In this document: positions 1 through 12,800 of the stretch, piece after piece
Position numbering within the stretch: position 1 is the first letter of the stretch
How the letters are laid out: each line of letters starts with the position of its first letter
Assembly: GCA_040954595.2 (NCBI GenBank)
Contig: CM082577.2
Coordinates: forward strand, 14,639,903 to 14,703,902
Origin: Balanoglossus misakiensis
Taxonomy: Eukaryota > Animalia > Hemichordata
Direction of reading: 5' to 3'
Length of the DNA: 64,000 bases
Translations under genes and position numbers: made by a program
The notes under the pieces: generated by a model
What the model was told of the DNA's origin: nothing
Databases searched by the model: none
The model's input: the letters and a program-made list of their open reading frames with translations, nothing else

Positions 1-725
1 TGTGTGTGTGAATATGACATAGTGTGTGACATTTGGGAATTATGACTTGCTAATTGACAGCTAATTTGCATATTTAATGATTCTATGCAATTAGCAATAC
101 AACTCTTGAAATACTGTTCTGATATTCATGAAATTTGCCAGCTTATACTGTTTTTTACACAGATCAAACAAAACCTCACTGCTGCCATTTTGGCAATAAT
201 TTCAGATTTTCAACATTAATTTGGTGAATTTGCAATATATCATAAAACTACAGTAAGAATCCCAAACTGATCTTAGGGGAGAACCATTTGATTTTTTGGG
301 TGGGGGGGGGGTTATTGCAGAAGGAAACAAATTCATTTGCAATGCCATGTTTTAAATGGAGTTAAGAATGTCACACAAGTTAGAAAATCTCATTCTTTCA
401 TTTTAAGGCACTTGTCAGTTTATGAGCAGTTTATTCTTGTCCACCGTTCATTTGAATAATTTGGCAATCAAAATGATAGGTAAAATGAACAAATCTACGC
501 TATTTTGATGTTTTATGAATATATTTTATTATATTCAAAGACAATCTTACTACCATGTTTGCTTGGATTACTACCAATTAAAAATGTGGTAGTCACAACT
601 GATTGCTGCGAAAAATGTTTATTTCGAGCCATGTTTTGCAGCAAGTATATCACAGACTGGACTGGAAAATGTCGCTCTCCCGTTGGTGAAGGAAGCGCCC
701 TCAATCGACGGGTTTACATGTCTAA

Positions 726-1937
726 TTATACACCATCATTTGCGCACATAAGTAAATGCTCGTACAGCTCTTTTGCCTCGCGCCAATTTGCTGGTTCGGA
801 CAGGTTTAAATATCGAAACACATATTGGAAATACTCCTGGTATTCATTATTATAATCTACTTCAATGATTTGCGTTTCTGCATAATTTATTTCATGTTCT
901 GGTACAGGCAACATCAAATTGTCAGTGCCACCATGGTGCTCTGGGAGGAAATACAATGAATCAGGTCTCCCACTGACGGTTTCATGTCGAGATTTTCTTA
1001 TGTAGTGTGTGTTCCAATTTTCCTTCACATGATTTAAATCTTCTTGGAGGAGACGGGCAAAATAAAACCACAAACACTCCTTATGTAGTGTGTTACTACT
1101 GTCAAAGGTTCCCTGTGCTTCAAAATCGTTAAAAAGATTTATCCACCATGTCGAACGATTTCTGCGCAGAAACGACCACCATGCCTCAATTCTTTGATTA
1201 CGTTGTGATGCAACATATCTATGTGCATCTGAGTTATCGCGAAAGAAACACTGAACCGCTGCAACTGTGCCATTTTCAGTACCCAAATCAGTATCTAGTT
1301 CTATAGGACACCCTCCAAACTCACGCACAGCTTGTAAGTAGTATGCAGCCACATTGTCAGGCAAGTTATTTGAACGTGTAACATACAACCATAAAATCTT
1401 TCTGCTGTATCCGTCAATACATCCGTGTATTGGGAAGCCAAAGGGCTTTAGTTTGTCGTACCCGTCCATATGCCACACACAGTTGGGTCCTGGGCACAAA
1501 TACTCCCTTCTTTTAAGACGGTGTGTTCTCCGTAGTTCACTTCCTTCTGGGTCTAATTCCCTCAACATTTCTTGAACTACAATTCTAGGCACATGGATGC
1601 CTTTCAGCTGCAGGGAATGCCACACTGTTCGATACCCTCCTATACATCCAGGACCATCCAATAGCTGAATGACAGAGTCTCTGACGACACTAACACCGTA
1701 ATCGGGAGATCTTCGCCTTAAATTCAACCGTTGCAATCGTCGTAACAGCGTTCTGCGACTCATATAAACGTCGTAGTATTTTGACAAATATAATAGAATT
1801 TCATTGTACGTATACCCCCTATAAAAGAAATAGGTGATGAGGCCTTCTTCATCGTAGTTGGCGACCGAGTGGCTGCTCATTTCTGTGCACATCGGCGACA
1901 CTCGATAAGGCAAGGTTGGTGTGAAGACGTCGTCCAT
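726..1937 (-). CDS. IS3/IS481-like DDE transposase (integrase core), intronless and open
   Basis: Open frame 726-1988, first ATG at 1937. N-terminal HTH-like region (GYTYNEILLYL..SRRTLLRRL). Catalytic motifs PGPNCVWHMDGYDKLKPFGFPIHGCIDGYSR, DTDLGTEN and RNQRIEAWWS give D..D(33)E. C-terminal WNTHYIR motif. Confidence 0.88.
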   Translation of the reverse strand: MDDVFTPTLPYRVSPMCTEMSSHSVANYDEEGLITYFFYRGYTYNEILLYLSKYYDVYMSRRTLLRRLQRLNLRRRSPDYGVSVVRDSVIQLLDGPGCIGGYRTVWHSLQLKGIHVPRIVVQEMLRELDPEGSELRRTHRLKRREYLCPGPNCVWHMDGYDKLKPFGFPIHGCIDGYSRKILWLYVTRSNNLPDNVAAYYLQAVREFGGCPIELDTDLGTENGTVAAVQCFFRDNSDAHRYVASQRNQRIEAWWSFLRRNRSTWWINLFNDFEAQGTFDSSNTLHKECLWFYFARLLQEDLNHVKENWNTHYIRKSRHETVSGRPDSLYFLPEHHGGTDNLMLPVPEHEINYAETQIIEVDYNNEYQEYFQYVFRYLNLSEPANWREAKELYEHLLMCANDGV

Positions 1938-1989
1938 TTTAAATCGAACTGTATTGTGGGATATATAGTGAATTTCCGCCTTGAGCAAA

Positions 1990-2430
1990 AGAAAGTTTTG
2001 TCCACGCGAATAAGAGTTGTGTCCGACAAAATTAGAAAGTTGCGCCCATCAAAATTAGAGTTGTGTCCAACAAATAAAGGGCTGTGTCAGGCGAAATTAG
2101 AGTTGTGTCCATCAATTTGAGAGTTGTGTCCGACAAATTTAGAGAGTTTTGTCCGACAAAGTTAGAGTTGTGTCCACCAATTAGAGAGTTTTGTGTCCAC
2201 CAATTAGAGAGTTTTGTCCGACAAAGTTAGAGTTTTGTCCGACAAAGTTAGAGTTGTGTCCACCAATTAGAGAGTTTTGTCCGACAAAGTTAGAGTTGTG
2301 TCCACCAACTAGAGAGTTTTGTCCGACAAAGTTAGAGTTGTGTCCACCAATTAGAGAGTTTTGTCCGACAAAGTTAGAGTTGTGTCCACCAATTAGAGAG
2401 TTTTGTCGGGACAAAATTAAAGTTGTGTAC
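1990..2430. repeat. Subterminal tandem repeats (~20/22-bp subunits forming a ~42-bp unit)
   Basis: GAGTTGTGTCCACCAATTAGAGAGTTTTGTCCGACAAAGTTA and variants repeated head to tail between the transposase start and the terminus. Confidence 0.92.
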
Positions 2431-2742
2431 ACTTAATTAGTGAATTGGTCTGTCACATACGGGCTGCCGTACTTACATACCTCAGCTTGGTAATTGTTAA
2501 GCTTTCACAAAGATTGGAAGGCCAAAGGTTCGGCTATGCTTTGGATGTCAAAATCTTCAGCGAAGATCAGTACACCAACGGTTCGGCTAAGCTTGGATCG
2601 CAAAATCTTCAGCGAAGGTCGGTACACTCAAGGTTTGACAAATCTTTGTTGTCAAAAGCTCCGGCAAAGGTCGGCACGCAAACTCTTGTACCAAGCTTTG
2701 ACGCCAAGCTTCATTTAACATTCGGTCAAGCTTGGCCCAAGG

Positions 2743-3419
2743 TATAGCACAATCGCGTGTGTACGAGACACAGGCCAAAATGCATGCAACCGGTGGCGTT
2801 AATTGCCCCATAGCCGCGTTTGAACTGTATCTCTCTAAGCTCAATCCGAAGCAGTCAGCTTTATTCCAACGACCAAAGTCTGACATTGAATACACAGATA
2901 ATATATGGTTTTGCAACTCACCTCTCGGGGTAATAGACTCGGCGAAAACAAACTTGGATCTATGATGAAAGAAATCTCCGAAGCAGCAAATTTGAGTCAA
3001 ATGTATACAAACCACTGTATCAGGGCAACTGCTTGCACTCTGCTTGATTCGGCGCGGCGGGAGTCGAGACGCGACACATAATGTACTTCACTGCTCACAA
3101 AAATGAAGCTAGTGTTCGTTCGTACACAAATAAGTTAACACTTCCACAGAGCAAAGGTATGTCAGATATCCTTTCTGAAAGTTTGGGTTATACTAGGCCA
3201 AATAATTCCACCATTGTTGACATCGGACCTGAAGCTCCAACACCCTTGGCCACGGCTGACATCCGATGCAACGACGATCAGTATCAGCGTCCCGCTCTCT
3301 CTGAATCGAGCAACACGCAACTAACGTTCAATCATAGATCAAGTCATGCTGCTTCTGGATTATTTCAAAATTGTACGTTTTCTGGTCCTGTTAATGTTCA
3401 AATTGTTCACGATAAGTAG
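2743..3419 (+). pseudogene. Crypton-like tyrosine recombinase (DUF3504/ZMYM-KCTD1-type) C-terminal remnant, frameshifted
   Basis: CPIAAFELYLSKL..LFQRPK..WFCNSPLG, then LSQMYTNHCIRAT (HxxR) and FTAHKNEASVRSY (H...Y) in different frames. Confidence 0.8.
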
Positions 3420-3466
3420 CGTACGGTGGACGAGGGTGCGCCGCAATGCAACGTACTTGACTCTAG
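3078..3466 (+). repeat. ~390-bp direct repeat, copy 1 (left flank of Harbinger element)
   Basis: Nearly identical to 9995-10381; ORFs 3081-3419 and 10075-10335 encode almost the same peptide. Confidence 0.95.
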
Positions 3467-3576
3467 GGGTGCGTTTGGGTGCACCGTTCTTGCGATTGGA
3501 ATCACGCCCTCATCGTTACAATACGATACATGTTCTCGTTACGGTCGCCCAAACGAAAACAACTTTGTTCTCCAAT

Positions 3577-5635
3577 ATGGCGGCGCCTGTAGTAAACAGC
3601 GACGTTAATACGAGCGTAGCACTTTTTAATTTTCTTGAAGAAATTCTTCGAGATGATGTTATTTTTGACATCAACGGTCGCACAGTACCAATGGTGATAG
3701 CTCTTTACTTTAATAGGAGAGAGAACGTTCCCAAAATTATCGATTACGCTGAAACCGTTATTCCTTCCTACAACCTTGATGATTTCCGGCAACATTTTCG
3801 CCTATGCAGGACGACTTTTGAGATAGTTTTTCAAAGCGTTTCTCCACTTTTAACTCTGGCAAATAATGGAGGTCACCTACCAGTAGAGCCGACCAAGCAG
3901 TTTTTAATTTTTATTTGGTATATAAGTAACAGGTCCTGTATGCGAGACGTTGCTGAGCGCTTTGGCGTTTCAAAGTATACCGTCCACTTTTGTTGCCAGA
4001 GGGTAATGGATGTCTTGTTAACTTTAAAGGTAAGTGCAATGGAAATGTGAAAAAAATAGCGGCTGTTTGTTTTTCATCCATTTCTAGTATTTTTCATATA
4101 TACTGACAAGGAAGAGTGAAAATAAAATCACAGTGATGTACAGAATTATTTTCAGCGAAAATAAATTTCAGTGAAACAAAGTACACTAGAGTATATGACA
4201 ATGGAAAAAAAGTTTCTCTTTTTTGGCCTTGGCAATTAACTACTCATTGTGGTTTTTATAACTTTTTCTCTGTATTTTTAATACGTTTTATGTGTAAGGC
4301 ATTAACTATATTTGTTCCTCGGATGTTTTTTGCCAAAATAAATTAAATAAATTATTATTTTACAATTTTGTTTAATGTATCAAACACACTTTCCTTTCCA
4401 AACCCTTAAAAATATATTGAAATGACCAGTATTTTACTGAACATACACATGTATTTTTTACGTTTCATTGACACAGGACATGGTCATCTTTTATAGAATA
4501 TACAGGTTATCAATGTGGTGATTCTCTGTGTTACCTGTGTTTTTTTTAACACCAGAGTAGATTATTTACCACTTTGGATAGAGATATAGTGATGTGCCAA
4601 AGTATTCCCAAGCCAAACTGTGTTTACTTGAAGTAATACTTGAGAGGTGAAATAGAAGATAATACAGTAGGCAGCTATAGCTTGATGTCCTGCTGCATTA
4701 TTTTCTATTTCACTGAACTGCTTGCAGTAAGAAAACAATCTGGCATAGGAAGTTACTTTGCTAAATTAGTCAAATGGTAAGTAACCTACTTTGGTGTTAC
4801 AAAAAACCCACATCCCTTGGGATGCGCCAAATGCAGTGACATCAAATAATTTAATAATCCATTTGGTGGAATGCCCCAGGTTTCTTAACATAATGCGTTT
4901 GTGTTTTTATTGATAACTTTGTTTTCTTTTGTATTATTTTGACAGAATCAGGTTATTGAATGGCCAGACAATGACAGGATGACTGACATTGCCACATCTA
5001 TCCAGCGACAGAAGAGAGTGCCAGGAGTAGTTGGATTGATCGATGGCACACATATCAGGATCACAAATCTACCAGGTCAAGATGGTGATTACATCAACAG
5101 GAAAGGCTACGCATCTGTACAACTTCAGCTAGTTGTTGATGATCATATGATAATCAATGATGCTTTTGTTGGCTGGCCAGGTTCAACTCACGATGCTTGT
5201 GTGCTTCGTAATTCTGAATTTTACTCTACAGCAGCCCAACGTATACCAGAAGGGATGTACATTATAGGGGACAGTGCGTATCCATTGCAACCATGGCTGA
5301 TGACACCATTTAGAGATACGGGTCACTTGCAACAAGCACAGAGACACTACAACAGAGTAATAAGTTCTACGCGTCAAGTTGTTGAAAGGGCTATCGGTCA
5401 TATAAAGGGACGTTTTCGTAGGCTGCAAGAAATAAGCAGCCCCCATATTTCTACTGTATGTAAAATGGTCATGTGTGCATGTATTTTACATAATTTCTGC
5501 GTAATGACCGATGATGATATCGAAACATACATCAATTTAGAAGCTGTTGAAGATGTCAATGGGTATGAAAATATTTACCACAATAATGAAAATGGTGTAA
5601 TTCTCCGTGATAGAATTGTTCAAATTATCCAGTAA
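3577..5635 (+). CDS. Harbinger/HARBI1-like DDE transposase, 2 exons (3577-4029, 4946-5635)
   Basis: FRQHFRLCRTTFE, HTH (MRDVAERFGVSKYTVH), GLIDGTHIRI, YINRKG, GWPGSTHDA, IIGDSAYPLQPWLMTPF, RQVVERAIGHIKGRFRRL, ACILHNF. Phase-0 GT-AG intron 4030-4945. Confidence 0.92.
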
Positions 5636-5830
5636 AAAATATAATGAATAAATGTATGAAATGAATGATGTCTAAGCTTTTAAGGCAAATGTTTACTATT
5701 TATTCTGTTGCAGTTTTAATTTGTACATGTCTTTAAAGGGAAAGGATACCGAGCAATTTTATGTTCAGCAATAAAAATCTATGAAAAACTGGTGCAAAAT
5801 CTGTCCTTGTTATTAATTTTCACTTACTAA

Positions 5831-6638
5831 GGCTGCATTCACAAACACCTCTGGAGGGGGGGGGCAGGAGAATTGAGGGGGGGGGGATTTGAAAAAATTA
5901 AGGGTATGTAAGGGGGGGGATTTGAAATAATTTAGGGACTGAAAGGGGGGGACTTGAAAATTTTGACGACTAAATATTTATTTTGAGTCCACAAAAATGC
6001 AGTTTCGCGCCCTTTATTTTACAAAATTTTCTAATGTGGGAGGGGGACACCTCCTCCCACACCCACCCCCTCCATTCATCAACACCATTCAATCATTGAC
6101 TGGTTTATCTAGTGTCCCAGGTCAGGGGACTTGCCCCCACCCATGATAACTTTGAGCGGTGACGGTTAAATTTGTCCTCCCAAACATACCGGTAGTTGAG
6201 TTAATTTGCTTTTGCCGGGTTCATTAAAAGGCAGCTTTGAGCTCTGTTTTTTATAAAATTTTCTTACGTGGGAGGGGGACACCCCCTCCCAAACCCACCC
6301 CCTTCAATTCTCGGTTTACAATGTCTCCCAACACAGAATACAAATACTTAAAAAATTACAAACAATGTTCAGTTTTAATACCCACTGATGAGGGGAAACA
6401 TCAGTTTCAAATTCTTTTCATTGGAGCGCAGTTTTTCTTTTTTACATAATAGATAGGTGATGTGTTTTGCTCTGTGAAAGAAAATGGGGGGGGGGGGATT
6501 TCAAAATTTTGGCAGTTCGGAAGGGGGGATTTGAAAATATTGGCAGTTCGGAAGGGGGGCATGTGAAAATTAGCGGTAAAAAAAATTGAATTCTCCCGCC
6601 CCCCCCCCCCCCCTCCAGAGGTGTTTGTGAATGCAGCC
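5831..6638. mobile_element. Tourist-like MITE nested in the Harbinger element
   Basis: TIR GGCTGCATTCACAAACACCTCTGGAGGG at both ends; TAA duplicated at 5828-5830 and 6639-6641; a related empty-site sequence occurs at ~7800-7900. Confidence 0.88.
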
Positions 6639-7209
6639 TAATAGCACAATGGCACCCATTTGAAAACCTTTGATTATAGGCAGAAGTGACGTAAAAATGC
6701 AAAAATGTCTTGCCCATATACATGGTATGAGTTGAATTGTAGCAACCAGTGAGTTTAACAACAATTTAAAAAAATTCTCCAAAATGCCACAAGCAAGCAA
6801 CCTCGTCACTCTTAAATATTTCAAAGTCTGAACGCATTATAAATTTTTTTTGTTGAACAAGAGAAGTCTTCCAATTTTAGAAGTTTGAGGAAAAAATGCA
6901 TTGTAACACCAACTGGATGCAACACAGTATATACTTTAAAAATAGTGACAATTGTCATTGTAGCTACTATAGTCATGCATGGTTGTCAAATAAAATTATT
7001 GAAATCAACAATTTTGCAGTTTCATATAATTCTAAGAGTCAAAAACTCTCAAAGTTTAAAAAATACCAAATCATTTGTTTAACATTTTTCAAGCTGTTTT
7101 TTGTTAACAGTAAATATAACAAGCGGCCTAGTGACTCTGTCTCTTTAGTGATACCACACTCTGCTGTCACTGTGTGGTTAATTTTTGCTTTTAAAAATTT
7201 ATGTGATTT

Positions 7210-9860
7210 TCATTTGTCAAGAATATTCAGTAGTCTATCAAATCTGGCCATTTTTTCATTTTGAAGTTTTCTCTGAAACTCCTCTTGTCTTGCGACAACT
7301 TTTTTATTTTGCTCCTGAAATGATGATAACCATGTCATCAACTGTCCAACATTAGAGCGCTTATTTCGTTTTCTTGATTTTGTCAGAGATTTCTCTCTAT
7401 CATGATCACTATCAACGTCATCATCTTGGTTCATGTTCAACTGACGACCACCATCATTCGCTGCCACCGAGGATTCAATGGTAAATTCTGGTCGGGTGCT
7501 TGACTTGTTTCCGTATAATTGGTTCAGCTCTTCATAAAACAAACACGTTTTTTTTTCATTGCCTGTGCGGGAATTGTGATCCACTGTGTTTTTATATTCT
7601 CTTTTGATACTCTTCCATTTATTTAAACATTGGTCGGCAGTGAAACTGTAGCCAGCATCTTGCATCTCATTCTTTATTCTGGTCCAGAGTTGTTTATGGA
7701 TCTTTAGGTTTAAAAAGAAAATGTATGATGTCAGCATATTTTTTAACTATAAATAATAAGCAAACCATATTTGATTAGCCAAGAAGGTTGTGTCCATCAA
7801 TAAAAAATCTATGAAAAACTGGTGAGAAATCTGTGATTGTTATTAGTTTTAACTTACTGATGGGGCTTATGGCACCCATTTGAAAGCCTTTGTTTATAGA
7901 CCTAGATGTAGAGTGTGGGTAAGCCACACTTCTACCAATAACCAAAGGTTTTAAAACAGGCGCCGTTGTGCTATCAGTAAATGAAAGTGAATAACAAAGA
8001 CAGATTTCTGACCACCTGTTTTTCATAATTTTTTTTATTGATAAACACATAATTGAGGAGTAACCTTCCCCTTTAAGGTAAATCAGAAGAGAATTGTAAG
8101 AATTGTAAAAATTTGAGTGTCCAAATGTCTCTGAGGAACGTTCTACCTTAACAGACACTACACAGAAACCAAGATCTCCATCATTAAGAATCTGGATGCA
8201 GAACATTTCAGAAAGCAATAACCTTGAATTTAAATTTGATCAACCATTTAGTGAAATAATTTTTTCCACTTTCACAATAGCAAAAAATATATAACATCTA
8301 GTTTACTTTGACAGCATCAATCAGACATATGATTTATGGAAAGCAGAATTTTGAACAGCAAAAATATTTCTAAAATATGAATATGCTAATTTTGAATGGA
8401 TGGCAAGATAGATGGATAAATGGATAAACACACTAAATAAATATGTGTCCATTATACAAAAACAGTGATACACACAAATGACCAGATATATATGGACAGA
8501 TAAAACATTTTATATATGAGTAACTATTTGCATATGTATACATGACATTTAATTTTGTGAGCTTGTGTACCTTGTGTTTATGAAACTCTTCGTCCATATT
8601 CAGCCGTAACTGAACTAAAGCTGTAGCTGCTCCCTTTGGCCACTTTGTAGGGGTATCAATAACTTGTTGGTCTGCTCCAGTTTTATCACTGCCATGCTTT
8701 ATTGGTACATCACATTGACTTGTTGAAGGTTGTTGCTGGGATGAAGATTGTTGCTGGGATGCTCCATTACTAGTATGTTTGTTGATTTCATTTGCTGTAG
8801 CTTGTTTCATGATACCAAGCAAGAACTTTGCATCTATGGAAAATAATAACATTCACTTTGACTAACAGAATTGCCCAAGTAGAAATACTGAACATTATTC
8901 TTATGGAAGTAAAGGTAAGTTGTATACTGGACCCGGAGTCATATTGCCTGCGATCATGTTTTGCCATGATTTGTTTTATTTCCTTAAGTCATTCACATAT
9001 CTCTATAATATCCTCACAGTGACAACAATAAAACAACAATTTTCTCAATTTTGAATTTAATTTTGATAATGATATCACAAAAGCAACATAGAATTTTTAG
9101 TACAAATAAATTTTACCATGATGATCAGTTAGTTCCACAGACTTATGCCAATATAGAAGAAAACTCTTCCCACTATTTTTTACCAAAAAATGAAAAAAAA
9201 AATCTTAATGAAAAAATAAAAAAAATGGTTTGCTAAAATATTAAATCATAGCCTATATCTTGTGATTTACATACCATGACGAAGGTGTACCACATTCATT
9301 TTCCCTAAATACAACTTACAAGAAAACAAGTGAAGCCACAGAAATAAGAAACAACTGGAATATCATGAAAGTGTGTTGACTTTACTCACCACTTTGAATT
9401 TTAACAGCATTCCGCCGACCAGTGCGTATTGTATACGTTTTATCATTGTAAACAACTTCCATATTCACAATTTCATCATCACTGGGGATTTGAAAATACA
9501 AAAAAAAAGTTATATTCACGCAATCGGCTTCAAAAATGAAGACAGACGGCGGTAGATGAGCATTGTTGACAGCAAATAAAACAATGCCTTGTAAAAGCAA
9601 ATATTTTGTCAATGGAAAATCAACGTACAAGCTACAAAAGTACAAGCAACTACTGAACATAGCCCCTAATCCACGGATGGGACCTAGCTAGGCAATGCAT
9701 GAAGTCATTTTCAACTGATTCTTGACAAGAATTGGAAAAATAAAATTTCAAACACATCTGATTGATTCGTGTTCATTAGTACATGCACTAACACGTATTT
9801 CGATTTGTTATAACTTTTTATGTAAAATTACCTTTTGGAACTTTCCGTGTTTGCCGCCAT
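7210..9860 (-). CDS. Myb/SANT-like (trihelix) DNA-binding partner of Harbinger, ~4 exons (9832-9860, ~9389-9482, ~8571-8833, 7210-~7701)
   Basis: KWPKGAATALVQLR..EEF..HKQLWTRIKNEMQDAGYSFTADQCLNKWKSIKREYK..N.RTG..CLFYEELNQL plus C-terminal coiled coil. Splice phases are compatible. Confidence 0.85.
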
Positions 9861-9994
9861 CTTGTTCTCGTCTGCTCCCAGGTTTTTGCAGGAGTACGTT
9901 CTCGACTCGAGAACAACCCTCGGCAATTTTCCGAATCTTAACCGAAGTCATTCGGGTCGTTCTCGAGTCAAGAACAGCGCACCCAAACGCACCC

Positions 9995-10381
9995 ATAATG
10001 TACTTCACTGCTCACAAACATGAAGCTAGTGTTCGTTCGTACACAAATAAGTTAACACTCCCACACAGCATGGTATGTCAGATATCCTTTCTGAAAGTTT
10101 GGGTTATACCAGGCCAAATAATTCCACCATTGTTGACATCGGACCTGAAGCTCCAACACCCTTGGCCACGGCTGACATCCGATGCAACGGCGATCAGTAT
10201 CAGCGTCCCGCTCTCTCTGAATCGAGCAACACGCAACTAACGTTCAATCATAGATCAAGTCATGCTGCTTCTGGATTATTTCAAAATTGTACGTTTTCTG
10301 GTCCTGTTAATGTTCAAATTGTTCACGATAAGTAGCGTACGGTGTTGAGGGTGCGCCGTAACGCAACGTACTTGTTGCTAG
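9995..10381 (+). repeat. ~390-bp direct repeat, copy 2 (right flank of Harbinger element)
   Basis: Starts ATAATGTACTTCACTGCTCACAAA immediately after the TIR and matches 3078-3466. Confidence 0.95.
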
Positions 10382-11284
10382 CTTTAAATTGATACTTTGT
10401 TTGATAACGGGCTTTGATTTGACCTCTTGCCCTATTTCTTGTTCATGTGTTGCTATTTTTCGACAAGTTATCGTTTTGAACTCTATGTAAATAAAGTTAT
10501 TTGTCAATGCAATGCAGTGTAGTGTGTTTTGTACGGTTGTATTCATGCAGTGTGTGTGCCGGGTACGCTGTGTGTTGGCGATGTGACAGGTATAAATATG
10601 CTCAGTCCAAGGCCAATATTTCTGACGATATATTTCTCGAAGCTGTGACTTGCTTTTTCAGGCGTAAAATAACCGGAGAATCGGATTACAATGGTATAGA
10701 CACATATTTTGATATAATATAATAGCAATAACCCCCGCCGAAGTCGGGTATACACTCGATTTTGGTACAATTCGCTCCATATAGCACTCGTTATTGCTTA
10801 AATATAATGTACCTAGTAGTCAATCATACACATATACACACACTTTATTCTTCCACAGATTATAACAAAACTCCCCATATGTAAACCTCTATTGCATTTG
10901 TATTTGACTCTTTGCTGGTACATCAAATAATAATGTGGTTCTAATAGTGTGAGGATAATTAAATTACCACCTTGTGGTGCCAAATTTATTAAACAAAATT
11001 TGCTGTAGACGAATAAAGATAATTTTACCATATAATTTTTTTCTTGTTAATTGCTCAAAAACTCACTTCATTTTCAGATTCTTTGTGTCAAAGAATCTAA
11101 GAAGAAATACAAAGCAATGACCACAGAGGAGCTAACAATGTATTTGTGTGGTAGTAAAATGGCAGTGCCAACTCCTGCAATGCACAAGTATGTGTCATTA
11201 CTGGTGAGTTTTTCAATTTCATTTGATAATAATTTAAACATAATAACCCAAATAAGGCCATTAATTGACATCCATATCCATTGC

Positions 11285-11377
11285 GTATGTATGTATGTAT
11301 GTATGTATGTATGTATGTATGTATGTATGTATGTATGTATGTATGTATGTATGTATGTATGTATGTATGTATGTATG
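11285..11377. repeat. (TATG)n microsatellite
   Basis: About 23 perfect units. Confidence 0.97.
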
Positions 11378-12392
11378 GTTGAGTCACAATAGAATAGGAA
11401 CGTTTCACAGCAATGACTAGCGGCAAGCGATAGATGGGAATGCACTTCAGACTTTATTGGTGGCAACTCATACGATGGACATGCATATACAAAGGAGCAC
11501 ACACAGCCAAAACTACACGGCTTCGTGCCCTGATAAGGTCATCTGCTCGAAACAATTTTTAGCGGGCTTCACTGTGATTGGTTGAAATCATCTATGTCTG
11601 AATATATAATGAATATACTAGATATGGCTTGATCAATCGAAGTTGTGCTAGTTTCCCATACGAATACGGGTTAAATCGAAGAAACAAAACTGACATGAAG
11701 TCAGAACAATTGAATAACGATGTAAACAACAATAACGCAATAAGGCATGATAAAATATGAATTAATAATGCAATTCACAACAGTACTATGTATGTATGCA
11801 TGTATGTATGTATGTGTGTGTGTGTAATAACGTGTGTACATGTATGAATGACATATTTGACATATTTCTTTTTTTCCCTTAGCGAAAATTTGAAAGAGAA
11901 CAAAAGCCCCCACCCCCCCCCACCCCCCGCAAAGGATTCTGGTCACTTTTTAGCACCTGGCACATGGCAACAGGAAAACATCTGGACATGGATGTAGTTG
12001 TCGAGGAGGACTGCATGTTCCAGACCCTCAGTGCGAGTACGACTCCCAGACCCCATTATGTTGAGGCCAGCTATTGAGTATTATGTATATTGTGTTCTGT
12101 AGTTCAGTTTATTTGTTTAATGTTCAACTTTCGTATTCCAGTGTTTTTTTCAATAAAGTGTTTGTTCTTATGACAGAATTATTTATCGTGTGAATATCCT
12201 TAAATACACACAGAGACACACAAAAATGCAACAACATTGAGGATAAAACACAAAGAATCTGAAAATGAAGTGAGATTTTGAGCAATTAGACTGTGAGCAT
12301 GCTAAAAGTGTTTAAGCTCTCTGTACACATGACTTACAAGCATCACATTAAACAAGCCAAATAAATTGGGTAGTCTTGCCCATCCGTGCTGT

Positions 12393-12800
12393 CAGCAGGT
12401 CTGACAGAACAGGTCTGGTGCAGGTCTGTTCTGACAGGCCTGGTGCAGGTCTGATGGGACAGGCCTGCTGCAGGTCTGTTCTAACAGGTCTGGCGGGACA
12501 GGCCTGGTGCAGGTCTGACAGATCAGACCTATGGCAGGTCTGACAGATCAGGTCTGGTGCAGGTCTGTTCTGACAGGTCTGGTGCAGGTCTGAAGGGACA
12601 GGCCTGCTGCAGGTCTGTTCTAACAGGTCTGGCGGGACAGACCTGGTGCAGGTCTGACAGATCAGACCTGTGGCAGGTCTGACAGATCAGGTCTGGTGCA
12701 TGGCAGGCATGTCAGACATGCAGCATACCTGACAGGGCAGGTATGCTGCACGCATGTGACAGACCCGGTGCAGACAAATCCTGGTGCAGGTCTGTCAATC
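12393..12800. repeat. CAGGTCTG-rich minisatellite with a ~139-bp higher-order duplication
   Basis: Repeated CAGGTCTG/CAGGCCTG words; 12411-12549 is nearly identical to 12550-12688. Confidence 0.85.

Larger units (their letters stand above)
1..2471 (-). mobile_element. IS3EU-type DNA transposon, partial (one end at 2471, other end probably upstream of the window)
   Basis: Minus strand begins TACGGCAGCCCGTATG at 2471, a TAYGG terminus like the TATGG ends of the complete element at 35632-57859. Subterminal repeats (1990-2430) and a DDE integrase ORF follow. Start coordinate is the window edge, not a mapped end. Confidence 0.65.
3467..9994 (+). mobile_element. PIF/Harbinger DNA transposon, two genes, apparently complete
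   Basis: TIR GGGTGCGTTTGGGTGCnnnGTTCTTG at 3467 and its reverse complement ending 9994. Convergent HARBI1-like transposase and Myb/SANT genes inside. Confidence 0.9.

Noticed and set aside
726-1988. Bacterial IS3/IS481 insertion sequence or contamination
   Set aside because: The related transposase at 36169-39377 has spliceosomal introns and the whole window is eukaryotic repeat content.
1990-2430. CRISPR-like array, and repetitive ORFs 2181-2436
   Set aside because: Units are contiguous with no unique spacers, there are no cas genes and the context is eukaryotic. They are subterminal transposon repeats and the ORFs are artefacts.
2483-2735. Small repeat-rich insertion bounded by AGCTTGG, and ORFs 2445-2747
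   Set aside because: Possibly a MITE, but I could not define TIRs, and the ORFs show no recognisable motif.
11051-11502. ORFs with MYVC / HTYI repeats (also 34424-34618)
   Set aside because: Translations of (TATG)n microsatellites.
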